From a virus (Duplodnaviria > Caudoviricetes), in IMG/VR virus record IMGVR_UViG_3300036984_000039, positions 1 to 64,000 of that record: DNA of 64,000 nt. One strand, 5' to 3'. Positions within the stretch are counted from its first letter, which is position 1, and every line of letters begins with the position of its first letter. This document shows, in pieces, positions 26,266 to 35,610 of this stretch. A program made the translations under genes and the position numbers. The notes under the pieces were generated by a model. It did no database searches. It worked only from the letters and a program-made list of their open reading frames with translations, and was not told where the DNA came from.

Positions 26266-27697
26266 CGTTGTCCTCCGGGTTGTCGTCTTCCGTTTCAACG
26301 GTCTGCCTGGACTCGTTCAGGATCGCCGTGGCCTCGTTCAGCGCGGTCGGATTGATAATCGTCTTGTCACCCTCCTGGCGTAGCCAGTAGAACGTTGCCG
26401 CGGCCTGGCCGCGCGTAGTAAACTCATCGGCGTCGAAGATGGCGTGAACCAGCGCGGCAAGATCGGCTTCATCCCAATCCAGGAGCCGCAGCTTCTCCCA
26501 GGCGCTTGCTAACTGCGCGGCGCTCGGCTTGTGGGCCTCGCCACCGTCGCGCGTCTTGGCGTCAGCGCGGATGCGCTCGATCGCCGCGGCCACGTCGATA
26601 GCGGGCAGCAGGTCGGTTTCGGGTTCCTCGGTTTCTGTCAGGACACCCGCGGGTTCCGGCTTCGGCTCAGGCGGCGGGCCATACGCACCCTTGCGCATGG
26701 TATCCAGAACTTTCGCCTTAGCGTCCTCCGGCATACTCTCGATTTCGTTCGCGGCTTCCAGGCGGCGCATCTCGGCTTCCTCGGCCTCGATCAATTGCTT
26801 GCGGCTGACGATAGTCGTGCCGGGTAGGTCGAACGTCACACCTTCACCGATCTTTGGCCCAAGTTCGTCCTGGCGCAGCGCACCAGGGATGCGGCGCAAG
26901 GCGGCGCGCACGGCCCGATTCTCGCACTTCTTTTCCCATGACCAGTTTGTGAAGTCTACGTCCTTGCGCTTGCCCCACTTCTCAGGTGGATTCTTGCCGG
27001 TGGTCTTCTCGTATTTCCCGTACTTGCCATCTACGAGCGTCTTGATGTAAACGCCATCGTACATCTGCTCGGCCAGCACGATGCCCAGGCCGCGCACCGG
27101 CTGATACTGCAAAACCGGCTGTTCCGGCAGGTCGGCGGCCTGCAACTTCGCGTCAAGCGCCGCGGCCCACTCGCGTTTTGCTGAGATAGCTTCGCGCCAC
27201 GCGCCCATCTCGGCGCGATAGGCTTCCACCGCCGCCGTGCGGTCGCGCTGCACGACGAACTCGACGGCCAGCACCATGTCGGCATGATCGCCGGACACAT
27301 TCAGATCATTGGCTGCGATTTCTGCATCGGTCGGCGTCTTGAACTCGTAGGACACCGCGCCGATGTTCTTCGTAGCCTCATCTAGCATCCGTTCGGTTGC
27401 CTGAATGTAGCCGATGGCCGGGTCCCACCAGAAGTCCCGATAGTACCGCTCGCCTGAACGCGCCTCATGATCGGCAATCGCGTAGGCCAGATAGAACGGC
27501 AGACGCGCTTTCTCGCCGCCCTTGCCCATCGGCGCACCGGCGACCAGGGCCAACACACGCAGCGCCACGTCCTCATGATTCTTCGCCAGAATCGACATGA
27601 TTTGCCGGGCATCGGGTGGCAACGCTTCGAGCGCACCCCACGCATCCAGATTGCCATTCTCGGCTTTGGCTAAAGCCACCTGCTTCGTTGCGGACAT
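26255..27697 (-). CDS. Putative RecT/Bet-like single-strand annealing protein
   Basis: W...KKCENRAVRAALRR resembles the RecT/Bet helix; next to SbcD. Confidence 0.5.
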   Translation of the reverse strand: MSATKQVALAKAENGNLDAWGALEALPPDARQIMSILAKNHEDVALRVLALVAGAPMGKGGEKARLPFYLAYAIADHEARSGERYYRDFWWDPAIGYIQATERMLDEATKNIGAVSYEFKTPTDAEIAANDLNVSGDHADMVLAVEFVVQRDRTAAVEAYRAEMGAWREAISAKREWAAALDAKLQAADLPEQPVLQYQPVRGLGIVLAEQMYDGVYIKTLVDGKYGKYEKTTGKNPPEKWGKRKDVDFTNWSWEKKCENRAVRAALRRIPGALRQDELGPKIGEGVTFDLPGTTIVSRKQLIEAEEAEMRRLEAANEIESMPEDAKAKVLDTMRKGAYGPPPEPKPEPAGVLTETEEPETDLLPAIDVAAAIERIRADAKTRDGGEAHKPSAAQLASAWEKLRLLDWDEADLAALVHAIFDADEFTTRGQAAATFYWLRQEGDKTIINPTALNEATAILNESRQTVETEDDNPEDNDDQ

Positions 27698-27698
27698 C

Positions 27699-28985
27699 CT
27701 ACCCTCCCTGTTCCGAATCCACCTGGCGCATCAGCGCCCCGCCTGCGGCCCGCAACGCGGCACGATTATCATTCGACATGCTGGTTTGCAGGCTCAAGTA
27801 TTTCTCGAATGCTTCCGTGGGCGTCAACGCGGCCACCTCGCCCACGTCCTCGCCCAGACGCAAGCGCGCCGGACGGTCAATCTCCTTCATAAACGGGGCC
27901 ACCGTCCAGGCCCCGGCCAGTGCCGCCGTGATCTCGCTGTCACGCCAAAGCGCCTCCTGTTCCGGCTTCAGCCACACGCGCACCCGCACGACGCACTCGC
28001 TCAGATCGCCGCGGTCGCGGATGCAGCGCAGCGTGTGAGCGGTCGGGTCGGCCTGCTCGCGGCAGTCGGCGGTCACGTCCACGAAGCGCCGCGCCGCGGT
28101 CATCCGACCCTCAACCATGTGGATCACGGGCGATACCTCTCCGCCCAACTCCACGATGAGCCAGCCCTTCGGATCGTCAATCTCACCGAAGTCAACCCTG
28201 TCCATACTCCCGGCGTAGTTGATCCAGGCCGGGCCAAGGCCCGTTTGCCGGGCGAAACCCTGCACGCGATGGTAGTGGCCCAGGCCCACGTAATCAAAAA
28301 CGTCTTTGTGCTTGCGAAAGACACTCAGGGGCAATTGCACCTCGCGGCCCAACATCATGCCGGATTCACTCCCGGCTTCGGCCTCGGAAACGCCGATGTG
28401 CGCCAGGAGAATCGCAGCGCCCCGGTTGTCAGCGGCGGGGGCCTGTGCGATCTGGCGCGTCAGAGAGTCGAGTTCCATTTCCAGATACGCGCCGAGCAAC
28501 GCATCGCGCTCGGTCAGTAATCCGCCGCGTATTGCCTCAGTCGTCCAGTTCTTTGTAGGCCAGGGCAGCCCGGCTATGGCCAGCCGGCCATGTCGCGTCT
28601 GAAACCACAGGACGGTCGGTCGGTCAATGACATGCACACCTAGCACTTCGAGCGTCTGGAACATGCTCAGCGCGTGCACCCGGCCCGCCGTTGCCGTTAT
28701 GTCATGGTTGCCAGTCAACAGGACAACCGGGATACCGGCGTCGGCTACGAGCTTGACGCCGCGCGCAAAAGCATTTTGGCAAGCGATGGTGGGCGACGGA
28801 TACTCAAACGCATCGCCCGCGAACAGGAAGGCGTCCACGCGCTCGTCTACCGCCGATGTACAACAATCCAGCCAGCGGGCGGCTAAATCCGCCACGCGCA
28901 CGTTCATGCCAGTTGCCGGATCTAGGCGATTGCCGCTGTGGGTCGTGACGCCAAGCTGAAGATCAGCACAATGCAGTATTTTCAT
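27699..28985 (-). CDS. sbcD: SbcD/Mre11-like metallophosphoesterase nuclease
   Basis: HCADLQLG, AGDAF, GNHD, LGHYH, YAGS..RVDFGE. Confidence 0.88.
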   Translation of the reverse strand: MKILHCADLQLGVTTHSGNRLDPATGMNVRVADLAARWLDCCTSAVDERVDAFLFAGDAFEYPSPTIACQNAFARGVKLVADAGIPVVLLTGNHDITATAGRVHALSMFQTLEVLGVHVIDRPTVLWFQTRHGRLAIAGLPWPTKNWTTEAIRGGLLTERDALLGAYLEMELDSLTRQIAQAPAADNRGAAILLAHIGVSEAEAGSESGMMLGREVQLPLSVFRKHKDVFDYVGLGHYHRVQGFARQTGLGPAWINYAGSMDRVDFGEIDDPKGWLIVELGGEVSPVIHMVEGRMTAARRFVDVTADCREQADPTAHTLRCIRDRGDLSECVVRVRVWLKPEQEALWRDSEITAALAGAWTVAPFMKEIDRPARLRLGEDVGEVAALTPTEAFEKYLSLQTSMSNDNRAALRAAGGALMRQVDSEQGG

Positions 28986-29134
28986 ATTATCCCTTCCGCA
29001 GAGGACGCCGGGCGACTGGTGGGGCCGCCCGTGAAGATGCCTCATCGGTTGTCCTTGACCTGGAATCGTTCACCATTGCCTCCTGCGCTGCTCGGCCTAC
29101 CCAAAGGGTGGCTGGCTGAAGACCCACTAGCCCG

Positions 29135-30296
29135 GTCAACTGTTCTCGACTTCATCCGAGGGCTTGTCCCTACTCTTGCGGCACTTGATTCAGGAGCGAG
29201 ATGTCTGGCCGGTTGACGGCGGCCCGGCTGATATTCACAGCCGCGTTAGTATCGGCGTTCGCGGAGAACCCGCACGATACACAAGAGAAGGTGCTTTGAT
29301 TTCGACGATTGCGCTTATCGATACACCCACAGACTTGACATCTTCGACTGGTATTCCGTGGATCGACGGCGATCACTGGCACACCAGAAAGCGCCGCTTT
29401 GTAGGTTATCTTTGCGCGCAGATCGTTGAATGACCATGAGCTATGTTGCCTCCGCTGAGCTTTGTGTACCGTTACCCGATCACGGATGCCCGTTAGTTCT
29501 TCAAGGGCAATCCCACGTCCGGTGTCTTTTGCTCTTGCAACAAGTTCTTTTGAGATGCGATGGTTTTCCTGTTTGGCGAAGCGCGATTCCTTACGGCGGC
29601 GTTTTACCAATAAACGCCGGGCCGCTTTCGTGCCCTTGCGTTGTAGACGTTGACGCAAGCGTGCATGACGGTGACGCAATCCATTTACCTGGCCGCCTGC
29701 ATATTGGTTGCCGTCCGAGTCCGATGCGATATTCTTGATACCCATATCTACACCAAGAAACTCAGTTACATCATCTGGTGTAGGTTCCAAAACCTCGCAG
29801 GCTGTCAGTAAGTAAAACTCGCCATCAATCAGACACAAGTCGGATTCACCGCGCTGCCCGGCCAGAAGATCGAGCGCGCGCGCATAAGCAACGAATGGTA
29901 TTTTCTGCCGACCGTCTACCGTCCAAATCGACACTTCGCTCTTGGCGAGTTTCCAGGATAAGATACGACTGTCGAAGGCGATAGACCCTAACGGTCTGAA
30001 TACGCGCTTAGCATTGGAATCGAGTCTATAGGCGTCAGTCACCTTAGCGATACAACGAATGACGACTTGGGCGGTCAGCGGGAAGGCGGCACGCACGTCA
30101 TGGTAAACCAGGGATTGCAACTGAAACTTACCAAATGTGCGAGTATCCCACGCCACTTCGCTGATATAGTTACAAGCGAAGTTCGCTTGCTCAAGCGTGC
30201 GCTTCAAGGCATCACCTTGCGCGGTAGTTGGTTGAAGTTTTACCTTAGAAGTCAGTCGCATAAGCACATCATAGCACACTATCACTATAGTGACAA
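29135..30296 (-). mobile_element. tnpB-only IS200/IS605-type element
   Basis: Right end GGGACAAGCCC...AGTTGAC; promoter TTGTCA-17-TATGAT at 30268-30296; no tnpA. Confidence 0.7.
29170..30261 (-). CDS. tnpB: TnpB RNA-guided nuclease (intact RuvC)
   Basis: GVDMG, ALEEL, TSRRC..C...C..C, NADTNAA. Confidence 0.92.
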   Translation of the reverse strand: MRLTSKVKLQPTTAQGDALKRTLEQANFACNYISEVAWDTRTFGKFQLQSLVYHDVRAAFPLTAQVVIRCIAKVTDAYRLDSNAKRVFRPLGSIAFDSRILSWKLAKSEVSIWTVDGRQKIPFVAYARALDLLAGQRGESDLCLIDGEFYLLTACEVLEPTPDDVTEFLGVDMGIKNIASDSDGNQYAGGQVNGLRHRHARLRQRLQRKGTKAARRLLVKRRRKESRFAKQENHRISKELVARAKDTGRGIALEELTGIRDRVTVHKAQRRQHSSWSFNDLRAKITYKAALSGVPVIAVDPRNTSRRCQVCGCIDKRNRRNQSTFSCVSCGFSANADTNAAVNISRAAVNRPDISLLNQVPQE

Positions 30297-30570
30297 ATCG
30301 GCAGGTGACGCCGATTGGCCCTGCGCCGTCTGAGCGCCTATTATCAGCTTCCCAAGGATACCACGGTGGACATTTCGCAGTATGCGGATGGCTTGCCGGG
30401 CCACCCGCTGGCCCACCGGTCGCGACTCAGACGGCTACTTTGCCATTGATGAACAATCCGGGCGGGGAGAAGATCATTGTCTTCTCGTTCTAGCTTGCGA
30501 AGCTCTTTTGTCGTCTACTCTACGGACTCGCGACTTCCGTTACCCTCGACCCAGGAGCCGGTTTTCACGG

Positions 30571-30726
30571 CTACCCCCGCCCGGACTGCTCACCAATGAA
30601 CGTGGCGAGCAGGTTGATTAGACGCACTACCTCACGATGCCGCGCATCGGCTCGCGTTTCCAACACCAACGCTGCGACAGACCCAACGACGATCACCAGG
30701 ATTGCGATGGCGAGACCCTCAGTCAT
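30571..30726 (-). CDS. Small membrane protein (51 aa)
   Basis: MTEGLAIAILVIVVGSVAALVL; ATGA overlap. Confidence 0.55.
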   Translation of the reverse strand: MTEGLAIAILVIVVGSVAALVLETRADARHREVVRLINLLATFIGEQSGRG

Positions 30727-30959
30727 ACCGTCGCCTTACGGGCCAGATATCGCATTCTTACGCGAAATTCAAACTGCCAATAACCCCCAGGCAGCATTTT
30801 CTCAACTTCAGCATCGACCTCAGCATCATTACGGCCAATAAGCTCGTCAAGGAACGCGCCGTAACTCAGTTCCAACAAATCCCGCGCATCGTCTATGGCC
30901 TTGCGTTCGCAAGCATATTGCGCTATTCGTGCAACCTCACCATCCGTAAGATGCGTCAC
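30723..30959 (-). CDS. Hypothetical protein
   Basis: Coupled ORF (GTGA/ATGA overlaps). Confidence 0.55.
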   Translation of the reverse strand: MTHLTDGEVARIAQYACERKAIDDARDLLELSYGAFLDELIGRNDAEVDAEVEKMLPGGYWQFEFRVRMRYLARKATV

Positions 30960-31327
30960 GCATTCACCGCCTTCCTGGTCACGAGCCACACACCCTGGCT
31001 CGATCCGGCCATCGCCCGCTTCTGGCGACGGGCCGCTGCTTCGCTCGCGTAGGCCCGTGCCGTGCGCCCGGTCTCCCCGGCGCACCAGTTGATTGCGGCC
31101 AGGACGTGTCCGCAGACGATCAGGCTGTTGGCCTTTTCGGCGTGCTTGGCAAACTTGGCCCACTCGCAGGTGCAGCGCCCGCCGCTCAGGTTTTCGTTCA
31201 ACGACACGCTGTACTCGTTGCCGCTTGGCGAGGCCACCTTGAAGCTGTAACCGCTCAGGTATTCCACCGAGCAAGCCTGCGCTTTGGCGTTCAGGGTTCC
31301 GGCGTTTCGGGTATTCCAGCGGGCCAT
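30956..31327 (-). CDS. SWIM zinc-finger protein
   Basis: VASPSGNEYSV...CTCEW...CGHVLA. Confidence 0.75.
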   Translation of the reverse strand: MARWNTRNAGTLNAKAQACSVEYLSGYSFKVASPSGNEYSVSLNENLSGGRCTCEWAKFAKHAEKANSLIVCGHVLAAINWCAGETGRTARAYASEAAARRQKRAMAGSSQGVWLVTRKAVNA

Positions 31328-31359
31328 GTCAACCTCCGTCACTCAATCTACTATGGCCT

Positions 31360-31388
31360 AGTATAGCAGATTATGGCCCGTTTGTCAA
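31360..31388 (-). promoter_or_regulatory. Early-type sigma70 promoter TTGACA-17-TATACT
   Basis: Member of the repeated promoter family. Confidence 0.85.
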
Positions 31389-31417
31389 GTGGCAATATGG
31401 GCCAATTTAGGATCAAT

Positions 31418-31675
31418 TTAGGGCCGCATGGATTCCGTTTCCCACTTACCACATGCGACCCACTTAACGCGCCAATCCGTTCCAGGCCCGCCCGTCTGCC
31501 GCGTCAGGTCGCATTTCTGCCAGCGCGTACCCTGCTTGAACCGCTGGAAGTGGCGACAGTCGCCGCAACGTTTGCCCTCCGCCACCCCAAAGCTGCGATG
31601 CATATCCGCAAGGCGAGACGGCTCAGGCGCGTCCTCGGCGGGCAGATCGACAAACAGCGCGTCTTGTTCAGGCAT
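31418..31675 (-). CDS. Cys-rich hypothetical protein
   Basis: CGDCRH...KC...ACGKW. Confidence 0.6.
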   Translation of the reverse strand: MPEQDALFVDLPAEDAPEPSRLADMHRSFGVAEGKRCGDCRHFQRFKQGTRWQKCDLTRQTGGPGTDWRVKWVACGKWETESMRP

Positions 31676-31991
31676 CGGACGCCTCGCGCTTGAGTGCCTC
31701 ATTTCGCAACACGGCGTTTTCGTTCTCAACGGCTATCATGCGTTCGCTTTGCGCCTTCGCGCGCCGATAGGTCAGCCGTCGCTCCGCGCGCAACTGGTCG
31801 GCGTTCGCCAGGTAGTACGCGCGATTGTGCTGCTTCGTGCGCGCGGCCTTGCACGCGGGATGATAACGCACGTGCTTCTCCGCGTCGGCGGGCAGCGGGC
31901 GCTCCGGGTCATGGCACCACTCGCAAAGGCGTGCCCATGACGCAAACGAAATCACTTCCGGCACGACAACATCTGGCTTATCATTCCTCAT
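31668..31991 (-). CDS. Zn-finger/basic-helix hypothetical protein
   Basis: CEWC...YHPAC followed by a basic helix. Confidence 0.55.
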   Translation of the reverse strand: MRNDKPDVVVPEVISFASWARLCEWCHDPERPLPADAEKHVRYHPACKAARTKQHNRAYYLANADQLRAERRLTYRRAKAQSERMIAVENENAVLRNEALKREASDA

Positions 31992-32289
31992 CGGTTTCCT
32001 CGCTCTCTTTCGTATCCGCGCCGGTCGGCGCGGCGTCCTTCCAGCGCAACGGCGAATCGCCCGCCATCAGATTGAAAATCCAACGCGCCGGATATTTGTT
32101 CGGCGTCATACCCACCGCTTCCAGGGCGGCCATCGCGCCACTCAGGAAATCGGCGTCGTCAATCTCACCGCGGGCCTACAAGCGCGCCTTGCCGCGCCGT
32201 TCGACGTGCTGGATAATCGCGGAGTATTGCTCGGCGGACATCGTGTCAAAGTCCAATTGCTTCAGATCAGGCAGGTTCAGTAGGTTCAT
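31981..32289 (-). pseudogene. ~102-codon ORF interrupted by an in-frame TAG at 32176-32178
   Basis: Coupled start and stop; normal codon usage on both sides of the amber codon. Confidence 0.5.
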
Positions 32290-32720
32290 CTTGTTTCACC
32301 CTTTCGCCTCTCGGCATAGTCCTTCGCCTTCTTCTGGCGCACCGTCCGGCAGGCCGGGCAGACCGCCGCGCGCGAGTTGACCGGCAAGTCCTTGCCGCAG
32401 TCGTCGCACGTTTTCAGGGAGAACGACTTGGCCTTGAACATCGACGGCAATTTCACCTTCGCGACCTCGGCCACCTGCGCCGAAGTCACCGGCACGGGCA
32501 CGCCGTTGCCCAATAGCTTGCCAATACCGCGTTGGCATTCGGCAAGCTGGTTGCCCATGCGCCAGGCCAGGTTGCTCGGCAACCCACCGGCATACTGCGT
32601 CAAGATTTCGTTGATCGTCTCGACGGCGGCATTCAACCGCACAACCATCGCCTCATCGTCCAGCAGGCCGTGGCCCGCGGTATCCTTCGCGACGACAATC
32701 TCGGATAATGCGATTCTCAT
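32286..32720 (-). CDS. Hypothetical protein with a C-terminal Zn finger
   Basis: GGAGG RBS; CDDC...CPAC. Confidence 0.65.
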   Translation of the reverse strand: MRIALSEIVVAKDTAGHGLLDDEAMVVRLNAAVETINEILTQYAGGLPSNLAWRMGNQLAECQRGIGKLLGNGVPVPVTSAQVAEVAKVKLPSMFKAKSFSLKTCDDCGKDLPVNSRAAVCPACRTVRQKKAKDYAERRKGETR

Positions 32721-32870
32721 TCATCACCTCCCACAATGCCCGCCAGGGCCTCGTAGCGCCTTGCTACGCCGCGCTACGGGCCAAACGTGACATTCCATAC
32801 GGGCCGCTGGCTAAACGGCCTATTTTGACACAAACTACACTTTACAGCGGCCCGCTGACTACCGGGCGAC

Positions 32871-33733
32871 GACACTCCGCATAGACTAAATCCAGCGGCT
32901 TCTTGAACTTACGTCCAAGCTACGGGTATTACTACCTGGCCCGTGTCCGGGCGTCTACGCATACTCCGCTTGCCAAAGGCAGCCGGTCTACGATGCTTGA
33001 TTTCCGTGGGCATCGGCAATCGTCCTGGCTCACCATGTTTGTATGACGAGAGGATATTGATTTGCCCTACTATGTCGCGGTGCCCACGGAAGCCACAGAC
33101 CGAGCAACGATAGACGCGCCCCTGTGGTTTATGTCGATTACCGCAACTTGGACAAGTTTGACTTGTATACGCTTCGTTTTGCAGTTTCACGGCGATACCC
33201 TCTGCCGCGGCCTTATACGTGGTATACTTGCGTACCTGACCGTGATTCCAACCGCTAACTTTCTGATTTGTGCGCTTGCCGAGCGCAACTTCATCGGCCA
33301 CGTCGCGCACATCGCCGTAGACGATAGTCGCCGCGCCCAGGACAACCGCTTCGTCTACAATCGCCCGGCTGATTTTGTGTTCCATATCGCGCAACACGCG
33401 GTTGTGCTTGGCTTTCATACGAGACTTGACACGCACCAACTTCTTATAGGCTCGACTACCGCGCTGCTTGCGGCTCAGGGACTTATCCAGAGATGCCAAT
33501 CGCTTGGCGTGACCTTGCGCTTCGTGCCGACGTTCGCGACAAGTGATGATAGTCGCACTGCTTTCATCACCAATTACAGCAGGATGAATCTCACCCGGAT
33601 CGACGCTTACTACGTTCATGCCCGGTGCTGACTTGGGTTGCTTGCCGTTTTCAACGACCACGTGCCAGGTGTAGCGCCGGTCGCGCTTGTCGAAAACCAA
33701 CCGCTGCACTGGTTCATATTCCGAGTAGCGCAT
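32871..33733 (-). pseudogene. tnpB: N-terminally truncated tnpB with its right end
   Basis: SVDPG, YGDVR, TSQTCPSC, HRDIVG. N-terminal HTH/REC region missing. Right end AGAAGCCGCTGGATTTAGTCTATGCGGAGTGTC. Confidence 0.8.
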
Positions 33734-33992
33734 TACGCTCGGCTTCCGGCAGAAACATCGGACGATACCATGCGCGCGGCATGTTGGCGTCAATCCAGGC
33801 CAGGGCTGTAGTGCTAACCATGAGCCAAACAACGGCCAACATGGATGACGGGTATCCTTCGATATCATCCGTCCAGCGAACCATTGCCTTGTTGGCGGAA
33901 TCGCCTTTGACGGCGGAAAGCACGGCATCAGCCTGTGATTCAAACATGCCGTTTGCGACCAGTTCTTTCCTTGCCCACTGCTCAAATGTCAC
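33714..33992 (-). CDS. Conserved-type small phage protein
   Basis: AAGGAG RBS; ALAWIDANMPRAWYRPMF. Confidence 0.6.
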   Translation of the reverse strand: MTFEQWARKELVANGMFESQADAVLSAVKGDSANKAMVRWTDDIEGYPSSMLAVVWLMVSTTALAWIDANMPRAWYRPMFLPEAERNALLGI

Positions 33993-34069
33993 TTTGATCT
34001 CCTTTCCTGCGAGCGGGTGATCGGCCCTTCCGCCCGATGAGGTACGGCGCTCAATCACCCGCCCAATGG

Positions 34070-34240
34070 TCATTCCTCGTCGCCGTCTTCGTCGGCGTAT
34101 TCCGCGATTTCCTTGCAGACCTCGATCAGCCGCTTGCGCGCCCACGCCTCGTCTTCGCTCAAATCGTCGTCCATGTTGTCGCGGCAGTCCCGAAGGTCTT
34201 CCAACGTGTTCTGAAACCTGCAATAGCTCATGTTCGCCAT
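34070..34240 (-). CDS. Small phage protein (MANMSYCRFQNT type)
   Basis: AAGGAGG RBS; recognisable N-terminal motif. Confidence 0.7.
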   Translation of the reverse strand: MANMSYCRFQNTLEDLRDCRDNMDDDLSEDEAWARKRLIEVCKEIAEYADEDGDEE

Positions 34241-34254
34241 CTCACCCCTCCTTG

Positions 34255-35128
34255 TCGATCCGCACGTAAAACGGGCGGCTGGTCGGTCTCTGAAACACCG
34301 ATGCGTTGTGCCCGCGACCTTACTTGATCGGTCGCATTCATCACTTTTGAACAAGTTGGATCGGCAGCCAGCAACGCCAAGAAACTGGATCAATCCTTTG
34401 CTATCAGGTGCGCGCCCGTGTCGGATTTCTACCGCAGCAGCCGCCGCGCTTCAGGCATTTATGCGGGCGGGTTGTACGGGATGCCACTCCCGGCCAGGTC
34501 GCTTCATTCCCCGGCTGACCGACGCGCACCTGATAGAAAAGGATTCGATTTAGGCTCACGACACTTGCTCCGAGGTCTGCCTGTTAGCACACCTGCGCTT
34601 GACTCGTCCACATGGGTACTATGCCTACGCAGCCGGGTTCCATATCGGTGTCGGCTTGCCTACGATTATCATTCTTACTTATCCCTCATCACGCCGCGCC
34701 TCACGCTACCGAGTAGTCCTACGGTAACGGTCTGCTTGGGCTGTACCTGTCCGGGTTGCTATCTGCGGCTGCCTCACGGCATGACGCTCTTACCAGTCCG
34801 TCAACTCGCTGGCGTGTTAGCCCGGTGTCAGCGTTTGAACCTGCGCCACGGTTGCCCGTGCTTCGTGTCCACGCGCCTCCTGTTCATTACAGGGTATCAC
34901 CCGCGCTCACCGATCTGCTCTCGCCAAGTCACCGATCCGCCAGAACGGGTCGGGTGGCAAGTTTTGCGATTCGCGCTTTGTGATTCGAGAACTATGTGGA
35001 AGCGCCTGCAAACTGGTGGCTACGAGGTTCCGGTAAGAGGCCATCTGCTGTCATCCTTGCGGTGGCCCCCGCCATTCCTCTCGCCTGCGATGCGCTTCGG
35101 TTGTCAAGGTGCCTGCTACCCACCTACA
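34255..35128 (-). ncRNA. Large structured non-coding RNA (~880 nt), family unassigned
   Basis: Own promoter, no credible ORF, several long-range helices and GNRA hairpins. Confidence 0.7.
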
Positions 35129-35133
35129 AACAC

Positions 35134-35162
35134 AGTATAGCACAACCCGCTATGTTTGTCAA
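35134..35162 (-). promoter_or_regulatory. Sigma70 promoter TTGACA-17-TATACT
   Basis: Repeated promoter family. Confidence 0.85.
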
Positions 35163-35205
35163 GTGGGTAAACAGGGCAATTTCAGACCAATTTCAACGAG
35201 CTTGT

Positions 35206-35493
35206 TCAAAACTCTACGCCTTCTTCGGCCATGCGGGCGCGGCGTAGCTTGGTGTACTCGGCGCGCCCTTCGATGGTCATGCCGGACATCATGCGCCCGC
35301 GACAGGTGCGCCGATAGTAGTCCTCTCCTTCAAGCGGCTCGGTTTCGATGGCTTTGCACGCCGCGATGTAGGCGAGATATTCTTGCGTCCATGCCGCGCT
35401 AGGCCAAAATCCCGACCCGGTGTGCATCAACACAGGTTGCCGTGTACCCCTGACGTGTTGCTTCTGCCAACGCATGGCCTGGGCGTAACTCAC
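35206..35493 (-). CDS. Hypothetical protein
   Basis: GGAAGGA RBS, GTG start. Confidence 0.55.
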   Translation of the reverse strand: MSYAQAMRWQKQHVRGTRQPVLMHTGSGFWPSAAWTQEYLAYIAACKAIETEPLEGEDYYRRTCRGRMMSGMTIEGRAEYTKLRRARMAEEGVEF

Positions 35494-35610
35494 GCTTGTC
35501 CTTCCTTCGGCGGTTTGGGCGTCATGGCCGCCAGGGTCTCCTTGAGCGACCGCTTCGCCCAATCGAGGACTTGACGTACTCCCACGGCTAAAGCTCGTGG
35601 GATTCTGGGG

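Noticed and set aside
34418-35140. 240-aa plus-strand ORF across the ncRNA region
   Set aside because: No RBS or promoter, atypical composition, and antisense to a clear promoter.
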